64,000 nucleotides of DNA, taken from the sequence record NC_048668.1; one strand, 5' to 3'. A program made the position numbers and the translations under genes. A model generated the notes under the pieces. The model was not told the DNA's origin and searched no databases. It worked only from the letters and a program-made list of their open reading frames with translations. Positions 1-8,177 of the stretch are shown here, in pieces; positions within the stretch are counted from its first letter, which is position 1, and each line of letters begins with the position of its first letter.

Positions 1-1
1 C

Positions 2-538
2 TGTATCTTCGATAACTTCACTAACTACGTGAAGAACGTTCGTGTTACCGGCGGACACTGTAAAGGTAACTTCTCCTTCAACGCCTCTGGCGGTGGCGGC
101 GCAGTAATCGGTACAGTTATTGATGGTACGTTGAGCGTTGATACCAAATGGGGTATTGACTTCCGTCCATCTGGCGCAGTGATGAACCAGGTTTACTCAA
201 ATAACGCCCCTGCGGAACAAGCGCCTAACGGCACTCGTCCAAACGGTTCTATCTGGGTTAACAAGAACGTGGTTGCCAACGCACCTGACGGCACTCCTAT
301 CTCTTGGGTTAAAGATGCCGCCGGTAAATGGGTTCCGTTTGCATTCGTTGGTACCTTAGCTAACGGCGTGGTGGCGAAAGAATATACGTTCGCTAACTTA
401 CCAGGGGCATCTTTGGCTAAGCGTGCGATTGTTACCTGTACGGATACAGCGAAAACGCCTAAAGACCAACTGATCTATTCCGATGGGACTAACTGGCGTT
501 ACGTGTCCGATCCTGCCACTGTAGTAACTAAAGGCTAA
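2..538 (+). CDS. C-terminal part of a tail fibre/tailspike-like virion protein (5' end outside window)
   Basis: Frame is open from base 2 to TAA at 536-538. Gly/Asn-rich beta-strand sequence ending in LIYSDGTNWRY; followed by a hairpin and further tailspike genes. Confidence 0.6.
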   Translation, partial: CIFDNFTNYVKNVRVTGGHCKGNFSFNASGGGGAVIGTVIDGTLSVDTKWGIDFRPSGAVMNQVYSNNAPAEQAPNGTRPNGSIWVNKNVVANAPDGTPISWVKDAAGKWVPFAFVGTLANGVVAKEYTFANLPGASLAKRAIVTCTDTAKTPKDQLIYSDGTNWRYVSDPATVVTKG

Positions 539-546
539 TATAGACA

Positions 547-574
547 CCCTTGGCAGTACTAACGCTGCCAAGGG
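547..574 (+). terminator. Intrinsic terminator hairpin
   Basis: CCCTTGGCAG / CTGCCAAGGG stem just after the stop at 538. Confidence 0.7.
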
Positions 575-589
575 GTTTATGTCGTGTTT

Positions 590-595
590 CTATGA
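590..595 (+). promoter_or_regulatory. Late-promoter-like CTATGA site
   Basis: TCGTGTTTCTATGA, 37 nt before ATG 627. TATG is the known phiKZ late-promoter core. Confidence 0.5.
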
Positions 596-626
596 GATTT
601 CGAGCGTAATCAAAAGGTCCAGTATA

Positions 627-3130
627 ATGAACAACAATCAAACTAAAATCAGCGAGTTGCCTAAAGGTGCAAAACTCAAAGAGTCCAGTTTATTACCTGT
701 TGTCAGTAAGCTCAGACACCGCAATTGAAACAGAACGCTTTACTCTATCTGATTTCAGAAGCTGGGCTAACTACGACAATGCTTACTCAACTTTGGCTGA
801 CGGCATTAAAGACACTGAAGTGGGTAATACTTTCCTTGTTTACACCAGCGATAACAAATACTCCGTAGCAGAATACGTACGTCTCCCATCTGGAGCGAGT
901 CAGGTTATTGATGGTGAAGGCAATGCAATTTTTCATTTAACAGCTAAGGGTAGAATCCCCGTTAAGACAATAGCTGCATTACGTAATCGTGTCCCTACGT
1001 TAGAGGGCGAGCCGGTCTACGTTATTAGTTACGACGAAACTGTAACTACAGGCGGCGGTTGGTTCATCGCCAAGAAAGGGACTGTAGTCGACGATGGCGG
1101 TCACCTTATTTCCGTTAATGGATCATGGTATTGGGAACGATCTGCTAACGAGGTTAACCTATTAGACTACGGAATTAAAATCTCTTCTCGTGAAGCCGGG
1201 AAAGAAGTTTATTACGACGTCACGGATAAACTGCAGGCTGCGACTAAACGAGCCGGTGACAAAGGCTGTCCGTTAGTTTCCAGTGCTACGTTCCAGAACG
1301 ACCCAGGCAACGACGGTTATCCGCGTTGGGGTTATTTCATCACCAAAACGTGGGATATCACCGGACTTAAATATCTGAACGGTCAGTTTAACATCCTGGT
1401 TCGGGGCAATACATTTGCTACCACCGGGACAGTGCCAATGGGCGGAACTACTCCATACTGCATCACTGCACTTAACTGTAAGTGGGGTACGGACGGTAAG
1501 TTCTTCGGTACAACGTACGGTAACCTTGTCATCGATAAGTTGAATCTGTTCAACATGGACGGATATAACCCTAACGTTGCTCTTAACGGTATCTTGATGA
1601 TTGCATCGGGTTCTCGTTTTAACTTCATGATGGCAACTAACTTCAACGGCCGTGCTATCCATTTCGCCGACTCTTACGATAACGTAATGGGTGACATTCG
1701 AGTAATGTGGTCTGGGAACCAAAGCGCCTTTGCATTAGAAGTTGGTGCATGGAAAGCTGACAGTACGTCTAGTCGCGATGAATCTAACGCCAATACATTC
1801 TTGGCAGTAATGGCGCATAACTGCCGTGAGAAGTCGTGGTTGATTGCTGGTAGTAAAACCAACGTTGTCCGTATTCACGACGAGGCAATCTTGTCCACTA
1901 CGGCAACTCCGAGTAATCCTATCCGGGATTGAGTCACGAAATGGTTACGGGTATACCTCGTGCTACTTCTCTTCAATCGGCGGTCACTTAGGCGATGTCA
2001 GTTTCGCTACTTTCGACAAGGCGTCTACCGTTAAACCAGTATTGACGATTGGTTCTTCGGTCACTTGTAGTTGCGACAATATCGCTTCTGGTCGTGATGG
2101 TGCGAACGTTGCGGTTATCTCAGGTGATCCAGGTCCAAGTGGCGCTGGTACTATCGCATCTGTTACCTGTAATGAATTCCGTACACTGGCCAACGCCAGG
2201 ACTGCGACTACTGCGCTGGTTTGTAACAACGCAATACTCGTGGATCCTAGCTCCCCTATTTTGTCAGGGACGATCAACGGAGATTTAACGTTGATGTCTA
2301 GTGCTACTTGGATAGGTCTGAGTAATCTTCGCGTTGGCGGCGTGACCAATGTTGGGACACCTGCGATGTTTAGTAACTGTACGTTCAACGGTTTACTGAA
2401 TATCACGTTCGATAACTTCGGCACCATCCTTAACCGGATGCGCCATACGTTCGAACACTGTAAAATAAACGACGCCGTTAAGTCAGATACGTCGAAAGTC
2501 ATTTTCCGAGATTGCTCACTTATTTCGACTAAAGACTTTACTATTACGGGTGCGGGTGAAGGAGTACGCTTTGAGTCTAGTCGCATTAACATGAACGTCA
2601 TCATGGACAATAAAGCTAGTCTTGAATTCATCGACTCTGAGGCGAATGGGACTAACGTCGCTACCAGTTCTACCGGTACAATTTTAGTTTCTAACTCTAG
2701 CTGGTCGACCGGTGCAATTAATGCTACCGCAGCTACGCAAGTTATTATCCGTGAAGGTTCGGTAATGCAAGCCTTGAACGGTGTAGTTAATCTTAGAGTT
2801 ATCGACTCAATGGTTACTTCTCCGTTTACGTTGGGTAATAACGCTCGTGTTTGGTTGTCTAATGCAAATATGAATGATGTAACGATTTCCGGCACAGGTA
2901 TTAACTTGGATGCTGATAAAACGTTCTTCAACCGTTTCGTATTTGACAGCGGCAAAACCAATACCGGTGCGTGGCGTATCTCTCAAGATTGCGTAGCGTG
3001 GACAACTGCTAACTGGGTTGTTCCTACCGTTGTATCGGGCTACGGTGTACGTACTTACGATATATCTACTGGTACAATTTATAAGGTTGTCTCTGGAGCA
3101 TGGAAAGTAGTAACTGAAAGTACAGCGTAA
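627..3130 (+). CDS. Tailspike/depolymerase-like protein, about 833 aa, interrupted by two +1 frameshifts (about 690-725 and 1923-1927)
   Basis: ATG 627 gives MNNNQTKISELP, matching the KISQLP/KISNLP starts of the paralogues at 57522 and 59665. ORFs 667..1932 and 1844..3130 join on removing single bases. The body is beta-helix-like. Confidence 0.7.
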
Positions 3131-3137
3131 GATAAAT

Positions 3138-3167
3138 ACGATGGTCCGGATCTACTCCGGCCATCGT
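3138..3167 (+). terminator. Terminator-like hairpin
   Basis: ACGATGG-CCGGA / TCCGG-CCATCGT stem after the stop at 3130. Confidence 0.6.
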
Positions 3168-3171
3168 GTTC

Positions 3172-3177
3172 CTATGA
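3172..3177 (+). promoter_or_regulatory. Late-promoter-like CTATGA site
   Basis: TCGTGTTCCTATGA, 37 nt before ATG 3209; near-identical to the site at 590. Confidence 0.5.
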
Positions 3178-3208
3178 ATATCTACAGCCTTACAATAGGA
3201 CTAAACAC

Positions 3209-5026
3209 ATGGCAATCACTGGCATTGGGGCGGAGAACACCAGGACTTACCCTGTAGAGAATGTCACTGCATTACGTGCAGTTGTACCTCAAGCAGATGG
3301 TCAGTTATTTGAAATGGTCGGTGCTCCGATCGATAACGGTACAGGGCGTAACCAAAAAGGTGGCGTGTTCCGTTACTACGCAGATCTCAACATCGCCGAT
3401 TATCCAGATGACGGCGGTTACTTTATTAAACCGGGAGCAGGTACTGGTGTTCTGATTCGTCAGCACGAACCTAACGAGTTCTTTGTTGATTGGTGGATCA
3501 CTTCCCCAGATACAGACTTCGCGTTCGCTATGACTCGTCTACAGGCTTGTCTGGTTAAATTAAACTTAGACTACCCTGTATTGGTCAGAGCAACCGGCCC
3601 AACCTACAAGTTGGCTTCTACGTTGAACATCGACGTTACTTACGCCGACTATAACTTCGAAGATTGTAAATTCATCTGGACGACTAACCCAGCCGTTGCA
3701 GTGCAGTTCTCTGCATCTAAAGATGTCGGACCTAAACGCGTCATCGTTTCCCCACGTACCTATTTCCGGGGCGGTATCTTTGCAGGAGCAGGCGGGGTAG
3801 CTAAGGGAACTAACGTAGGGTTCGATTGTTCCTTTGCTCGCGGTAACATTGCAGGGGTAAACTTCGAGAACGTGACAATCACTGGATTTGACCGTACCGT
3901 TTCTTACGGTTCGAATGCGTACATGTATAGCTGGACCGGGTGTCGTTTCGGTGGTGGTGTTGCAATCCACACCAAAGCTAACGCCAGTAACTTCGGCGAA
4001 AACATGAACTACCATAACTGCGTATTCGGAGATATGTACCGATTCATGGATATGGATACGGGTGGTGGTTTCTACTTCCATAACTGTAGTTTCGACTATA
4101 GCGGGGAGAATGATGCTGCGGTTCCATTATTCCGGGTATCTGGTCAAATCAACTTCAATAGCTGTCACTTTGAATGGGGTAATGCCAACCGACCTAACTC
4201 CGGTAACTCGGTATTCCGTTTAGGCGGAGATTCCACTTACGTAGTTATTCGCGACGGTATTATCTTACTTAACGATAATGCGGCTACGGTGCATGACTAC
4301 TGGTTTAACTTTGGTAGCTCTGGCGCAGCAGCGGCGATCCTCGATACTTACGTTTACGGTGCGCGGTTTAGTAAGGCATGGGGTTCTCGTGATTTCGAGA
4401 TGAAGGTCAAGACTAATGGTAACGGGAATACACCTAACGTACCCGCTAACATTACGTCCAAACGTACGGAAGCCTCATTACTGATCGACCCAACCATGAA
4501 CGATGTAACCTTACCCGATTTCTGGACAGTGGGTGAATTCGATGGCACTGATCCCTCACGTACTCGTTTGAAATCGCCTAGTCGTCAAGTTGTAGCTAAC
4601 GGAGATGGTACTGTTACTTTCGTAGCATTAGCTAAGTCGAATGAACAGCCGGGTATGCTCTTCCCAGTAAAGGATTTAGAAGTACCGGTAATTAACTTCG
4701 ATTATAAAGTGAAACATACTCCTGCCAACTTCAACGCATTCGTTACGTGGTTCTGGACTCGAGTGGAAGGTGACACTCGTGGCTACCGAGTAGTGAAGCG
4801 AGTTCAGGCGACAATGCTTGGTCAGCAAACTTTGACACAGAACCCCGACTTCCAGCCAGCAGTCCCTACTTCGGCCTATACTTTCCGTTGGCCGATTAAA
4901 CCACGTTGGGCTACTCACATGGAGTTCAGGATTAACATGTCTCAGTTTGAAGCAGCTTCCGATGGAACACCTAACGGGGTAAGTATCCGGAACCTTTACC
5001 ACAACTACTTTAACAGCTCAATGTAG
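3209..5026 (+). CDS. Tailspike/depolymerase-like protein (pectin-lyase-like beta-helix), 605 aa
   Basis: N-terminal VTALR..P..DG...GG.F...DDGG module shared with the other tailspikes; repeated F.NC.F/FD beta-helix turns. Confidence 0.7.
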   Translation: MAITGIGAENTRTYPVENVTALRAVVPQADGQLFEMVGAPIDNGTGRNQKGGVFRYYADLNIADYPDDGGYFIKPGAGTGVLIRQHEPNEFFVDWWITSPDTDFAFAMTRLQACLVKLNLDYPVLVRATGPTYKLASTLNIDVTYADYNFEDCKFIWTTNPAVAVQFSASKDVGPKRVIVSPRTYFRGGIFAGAGGVAKGTNVGFDCSFARGNIAGVNFENVTITGFDRTVSYGSNAYMYSWTGCRFGGGVAIHTKANASNFGENMNYHNCVFGDMYRFMDMDTGGGFYFHNCSFDYSGENDAAVPLFRVSGQINFNSCHFEWGNANRPNSGNSVFRLGGDSTYVVIRDGIILLNDNAATVHDYWFNFGSSGAAAAILDTYVYGARFSKAWGSRDFEMKVKTNGNGNTPNVPANITSKRTEASLLIDPTMNDVTLPDFWTVGEFDGTDPSRTRLKSPSRQVVANGDGTVTFVALAKSNEQPGMLFPVKDLEVPVINFDYKVKHTPANFNAFVTWFWTRVEGDTRGYRVVKRVQATMLGQQTLTQNPDFQPAVPTSAYTFRWPIKPRWATHMEFRINMSQFEAASDGTPNGVSIRNLYHNYFNSSM

Positions 5027-5032
5027 TTTTGG

Positions 5033-5072
5033 CCATTTCCAAATAATTTGAGATCTATATACCCCGTGTGAA
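5033..5072 (+). promoter_or_regulatory. Early-promoter-like motif copy 1
   Basis: CCATTTCCAA-N12-CTATATACCCCGTGTGAA. Confidence 0.55.
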
Positions 5073-5160
5073 TAAGGAAATAAGACAACCATATTCATTC
5101 ACTTTAACTTAACAGTGTTAGGTCAACCTTCCGGAAAAAGCTAGACCAAAACATTATACG

Positions 5161-5184
5161 AGCAGGGGATTAATTTCCCCTGCT
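5161..5184 (+). terminator. Terminator hairpin with TTAATT loop
   Basis: AGCAGGGGA-TTAATT-TCCCCTGCT followed by a T-rich tract. Confidence 0.7.
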
Positions 5185-5216
5185 CTATTTTCCATTTTAA
5201 TAAAAAGGAGCAACAC

Positions 5217-5420
5217 TTGCAAACTCAAGCTATGTCATTTAACGACGCCTACAACATGCTGGCTAATACTTATCTTAAACGCGGCATTGATATCAGTCGC
5301 ACAATTAAATGTAACTGCGCCCATTGTGGCGAGGTTCACGACCGTCTCGCTACTGTGCCTTTGACCGGTAACGAGATTTGCTTCCAGTGCACTTATCGTA
5401 AACTGACAGAATCCAAATAG
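5217..5420 (+). CDS. Small putative zinc-finger protein
   Basis: AAGGAG RBS, TTG start; CNCAHC...CFQC. Confidence 0.55.
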   Translation: MQTQAMSFNDAYNMLANTYLKRGIDISRTIKCNCAHCGEVHDRLATVPLTGNEICFQCTYRKLTESK

Positions 5421-5428
5421 GAGATGTC

Positions 5429-5683
5429 ATGGATCTTAAAAACCATCCCAGACCTAATCAGAAAACGACTATCTGGGAAGCACCCGGTAAAATAAAAACC
5501 AAACTTCCTTACCCCCATACTCGTATAGAGCGATACCATGAACTTCGAGCTATGGCAGATGAAGCTGGGAACGATTATACTCTGAGGCAGTTCATCGGTT
5601 GTAAAATATTCGATTTATTGGCGATTACCGATGAGCAGTACCAGAGCAGGATCGAGTACGAACACAAATACCTCTCGCATTAA
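5429..5683 (+). CDS. Hypothetical protein (KLPYPHTR paralogue 1)
   Basis: AGGAG RBS; motif shared with the next gene. Confidence 0.7.
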   Translation: MDLKNHPRPNQKTTIWEAPGKIKTKLPYPHTRIERYHELRAMADEAGNDYTLRQFIGCKIFDLLAITDEQYQSRIEYEHKYLSH

Positions 5684-5717
5684 TAAACCAATTCCTAAAA
5701 CCTTTCAGGAGAATACC

Positions 5718-6074
5718 ATGAGCAACAATATCCGTCATTCGCAAGCTTATTACAGTTCCAAACACCATCCAGTAGTATTAGAGGCCCAACGGGAAGCTGG
5801 CACCAAACTCCCGTATCCGCATACGCGAGCCGAACGTATCGAAGAACTCAAGCTCCAACTTAGTACAGTTGAACCAGATACCTACTTGGAGCGTTTCGTT
5901 AAATCTTACCTCTACGAAGCAGAAAGCTTGTCTGATGAAGAGTATCGGGTAAAGATTGACGACAAAGCTAACTTTGACGCTTTAGTCAAAGAGGAAGAAG
6001 AAAAGGCCTTATCGCGAAAAACGGCAGCCGGAACAGTCACAGGTTTTGTGGGCGTTAAAGTTCGCGAAGATTAA
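5718..6074 (+). CDS. Hypothetical protein (KLPYPHTR paralogue 2)
   Basis: AGGAG RBS before ATG 5718; shared motif. Confidence 0.7.
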   Translation: MSNNIRHSQAYYSSKHHPVVLEAQREAGTKLPYPHTRAERIEELKLQLSTVEPDTYLERFVKSYLYEAESLSDEEYRVKIDDKANFDALVKEEEEKALSRKTAAGTVTGFVGVKVRED

Positions 6075-6129
6075 TCGTTAATAACCAGTTAAACTCTCTA
6101 AACCAAACTCAATTAACAAGGAATTAAAA

Positions 6130-6711
6130 ATGTCTACTATCATCAATACTCCAAACAACAAAACTGTTTCTAACCGCTTCTTCTACTACACCGTTGCAGC
6201 CTTCGCTGTCTTCGCAACCATCGTTGGCATATCCGAAAACGATACCGTCAACCTGATCGCTTGGGTTGTTCTCATGGTCGTCAACGTTAACCTGGCGCAT
6301 TGCGATAACGAAGAAGTAAAAGCTGCCGGTTACAAACCAACTACCGTCTGGCTGAATATGCTGCTCTCTCCTATCGGCTGGGGTATCGTTCGTGTTATCC
6401 GTACCCGTAACGGCGGCTTCCATAACTTCAAAGGCATCATCGGTTATGTTGTCGGTGTTCTGGCAGTATTGATGGTTCTGGGCCTGGCCACTGAGCCTAA
6501 CGAAGACGAAGCAATTGCAACCCGCACTTGTGAAATCATCAACGAACAAACTGAGCCATTCTTCCTGGAAGGCGTTAAATGCGATCACGCTGAGTTCGAC
6601 AGCAAACCAGGCAAATACACCTGGGTCATTAACGTGTACAAAACCGATGGTGACGTTACCATGGTAAACGCACGCTACGACGCTAAGAACGATATGATCA
6701 CCGTGTTCTAA
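6130..6711 (+). CDS. Membrane protein with soluble C-terminal domain
   Basis: AAGGA RBS; several hydrophobic segments; strong high-expression codon bias. Confidence 0.75.
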   Translation: MSTIINTPNNKTVSNRFFYYTVAAFAVFATIVGISENDTVNLIAWVVLMVVNVNLAHCDNEEVKAAGYKPTTVWLNMLLSPIGWGIVRVIRTRNGGFHNFKGIIGYVVGVLAVLMVLGLATEPNEDEAIATRTCEIINEQTEPFFLEGVKCDHAEFDSKPGKYTWVINVYKTDGDVTMVNARYDAKNDMITVF

Positions 6712-6775
6712 AGTCTTACGCTCCCTTGGTTACTATGGACATTATATCCGTTGTAGCTTAGGGAGCTAATAGACT

Positions 6776-6982
6776 ATGGGACGTTCTATTTTTGTTGAGT
6801 CTATCCATGAGGCGCTTTCTTTAGTGCCTGACGAGAATCTGCCACTGGCGCTGGAAGCGATTGAATTGCTCAGCGACCGCACACCTCCATGGGAAGACTT
6901 GACGCATGAGGAACAGCTGAAAGGCGTGTTGTCTCATGTTGTACCTTTCGGTTGGGTACAAGAAGAATTTGTACCGATGTAA
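6776..6982 (+). CDS. Hypothetical protein
   Basis: GGGAG RBS; 68-aa ORF ending before a palindromic terminator. Confidence 0.6.
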   Translation: MGRSIFVESIHEALSLVPDENLPLALEAIELLSDRTPPWEDLTHEEQLKGVLSHVVPFGWVQEEFVPM

Positions 6983-6990
6983 CAGCATAG

Positions 6991-7014
6991 GGAGAGTAGC
7001 CGCGGCTACTCTCC
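6991..7014. terminator. Bidirectional terminator (perfect 24-bp palindrome)
   Basis: GGAGAGTAGCCGCGGCTACTCTCC between convergent ORFs. Confidence 0.7.
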
Positions 7015-7025
7015 TTTATGTCGAC

Positions 7026-7229
7026 TTAGAGGCTATTGACTACCTGAGTAAAACCTTGAGTATCCTTAACCAAGAAGTCACCAACCTTAGGCTGATGTTT
7101 TTCCATGAACCATTTCATAAATGACTCTTTAGAGCCACCTTCGAAATGGAGAACCGTAAGTTCACGGCTAGTTTTGGACGGAGTAATGTTTTCAATTTTA
7201 CGTGCAGTTTCTACTACTAACTGATTCAT
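7026..7229 (-). CDS. Hypothetical protein (isolated minus-strand gene)
   Basis: AAGGT RBS; converges on the palindromic terminator; no competing + strand ORF. Confidence 0.55.
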   Translation of the reverse strand: MNQLVVETARKIENITPSKTSRELTVLHFEGGSKESFMKWFMEKHQPKVGDFLVKDTQGFTQVVNSL

Positions 7230-7331
7230 TGATCTGACCTTAATGGAAATTTTAATTTTGGGTAATTCATAAGATATGAGATTACATTCTCATTATGAAT
7301 TGAACCTGACATCATTATTGAGAGGTACCTA

Positions 7332-7493
7332 ATGGCCAGTAAGAGTAGAATAAAAAGGATCGAAAGTAAGAAGTTAAACGCAACGCCAAGAGCGCCTATA
7401 AAGGACTCTGTTGCACTCAACCCGGATGACATGGACAAGATGTCATCTAAAACAATTGCGCGCTTAGAAAGGCGTACAAAGCTTATTTATTGA
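7332..7493 (+). CDS. Small basic protein, 53 aa (not in ORF track)
   Basis: AGAGG RBS; MASKSRIKRIESKK...KLIY; abuts the next gene's RBS. Confidence 0.55.
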   Translation: MASKSRIKRIESKKLNATPRAPIKDSVALNPDDMDKMSSKTIARLERRTKLIY

Positions 7494-7505
7494 GGAATCA
7501 AAAAG

Positions 7506-7739
7506 ATGACCCGTAAAGCATTTTACATCATTGCAGCAATCATTTTGGTAATCGGCTGGGCAGTTGTAGGTTACTGTATCTACGACGCGTTCCATCAGGT
7601 TAGTGCCTGGTATATTTTCGGTAACGTGGCCTGCGCTATTATGGTCTTTATCTGGATGGGCGCGTTGATCGTTGCGGTTGGTATGCAAGTAAAACCAACT
7701 AAAATGGAACACGCCCATGACAAAGCCGGAAACTACTGA
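7506..7739 (+). CDS. Small two-TM membrane protein
   Basis: GAGGA RBS; two hydrophobic stretches. Confidence 0.7.
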   Translation: MTRKAFYIIAAIILVIGWAVVGYCIYDAFHQVSAWYIFGNVACAIMVFIWMGALIVAVGMQVKPTKMEHAHDKAGNY

Positions 7740-8037
7740 CCAAGCGATGGCGAAGCTGTTTGAAAGATGGCAGCGTAATCTTGAGACAGCAATCTACCAT
7801 GTGTACATTAAAGTCATCCCTTACGACTTTGATACACTTTGTACTTTAATGCACCGTGAGATGGGATTATCGGGTGGCGCTGGCGCCGATGTGGTCGATG
7901 GCCGCTACGTTAAAGTCTACGGTAAGTTTTACGAAGACAAATATCGGATCATGTTCAAAGTAGAACAAGATACGCCGATATACATGTTCTTCACGGAAGA
8001 TGATATTCGTGCAGTTTATAATCGTTTCGTCAAGTGA
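7717..8037 (+). CDS. Hypothetical protein
   Basis: 106-aa ORF followed by a terminator. Confidence 0.65.
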   Translation: MTKPETTDQAMAKLFERWQRNLETAIYHVYIKVIPYDFDTLCTLMHREMGLSGGAGADVVDGRYVKVYGKFYEDKYRIMFKVEQDTPIYMFFTEDDIRAVYNRFVK

Positions 8038-8040
8038 GTG

Positions 8041-8078
8041 CTAGAGCGGAAGTGTCCTTTATGGGCACTCCGCTCTAG
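8041..8078 (+). terminator. Terminator hairpin
   Basis: CTAGAGCGGA-AGTGTCC / GGGCACT-CCGCTCTAG. Confidence 0.65.
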
Positions 8079-8120
8079 TTATTTGTACCTGCCTTTTATT
8101 TTTTGACACTAGCTCGCTTA

Positions 8121-8126
8121 CTATGA
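8121..8126 (+). promoter_or_regulatory. Late-promoter-like CTATGA site
   Basis: TCGCTTACTATGA between the terminator and the virion gene at 8178. Confidence 0.45.
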
Positions 8127-8177
8127 CACCTTATAAAACCCCATTCCTGAGCATGTTACAGGAGAAGGAAACTTGCC

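Noticed and set aside
1273-2961. Minus-strand ORFs of 149-325 aa over the tailspike gene
   Set aside because: Antisense shadows of a well-supported + strand gene. The same applies to 33116..33889, 60272..60886 and the + strand ORFs inside 54019-59665.
7226-7438. Minus-strand 70-aa hydrophobic ORF
   Set aside because: Overlaps the better supported + strand 7332..7493 ORF and the intergenic promoter region; no RBS.
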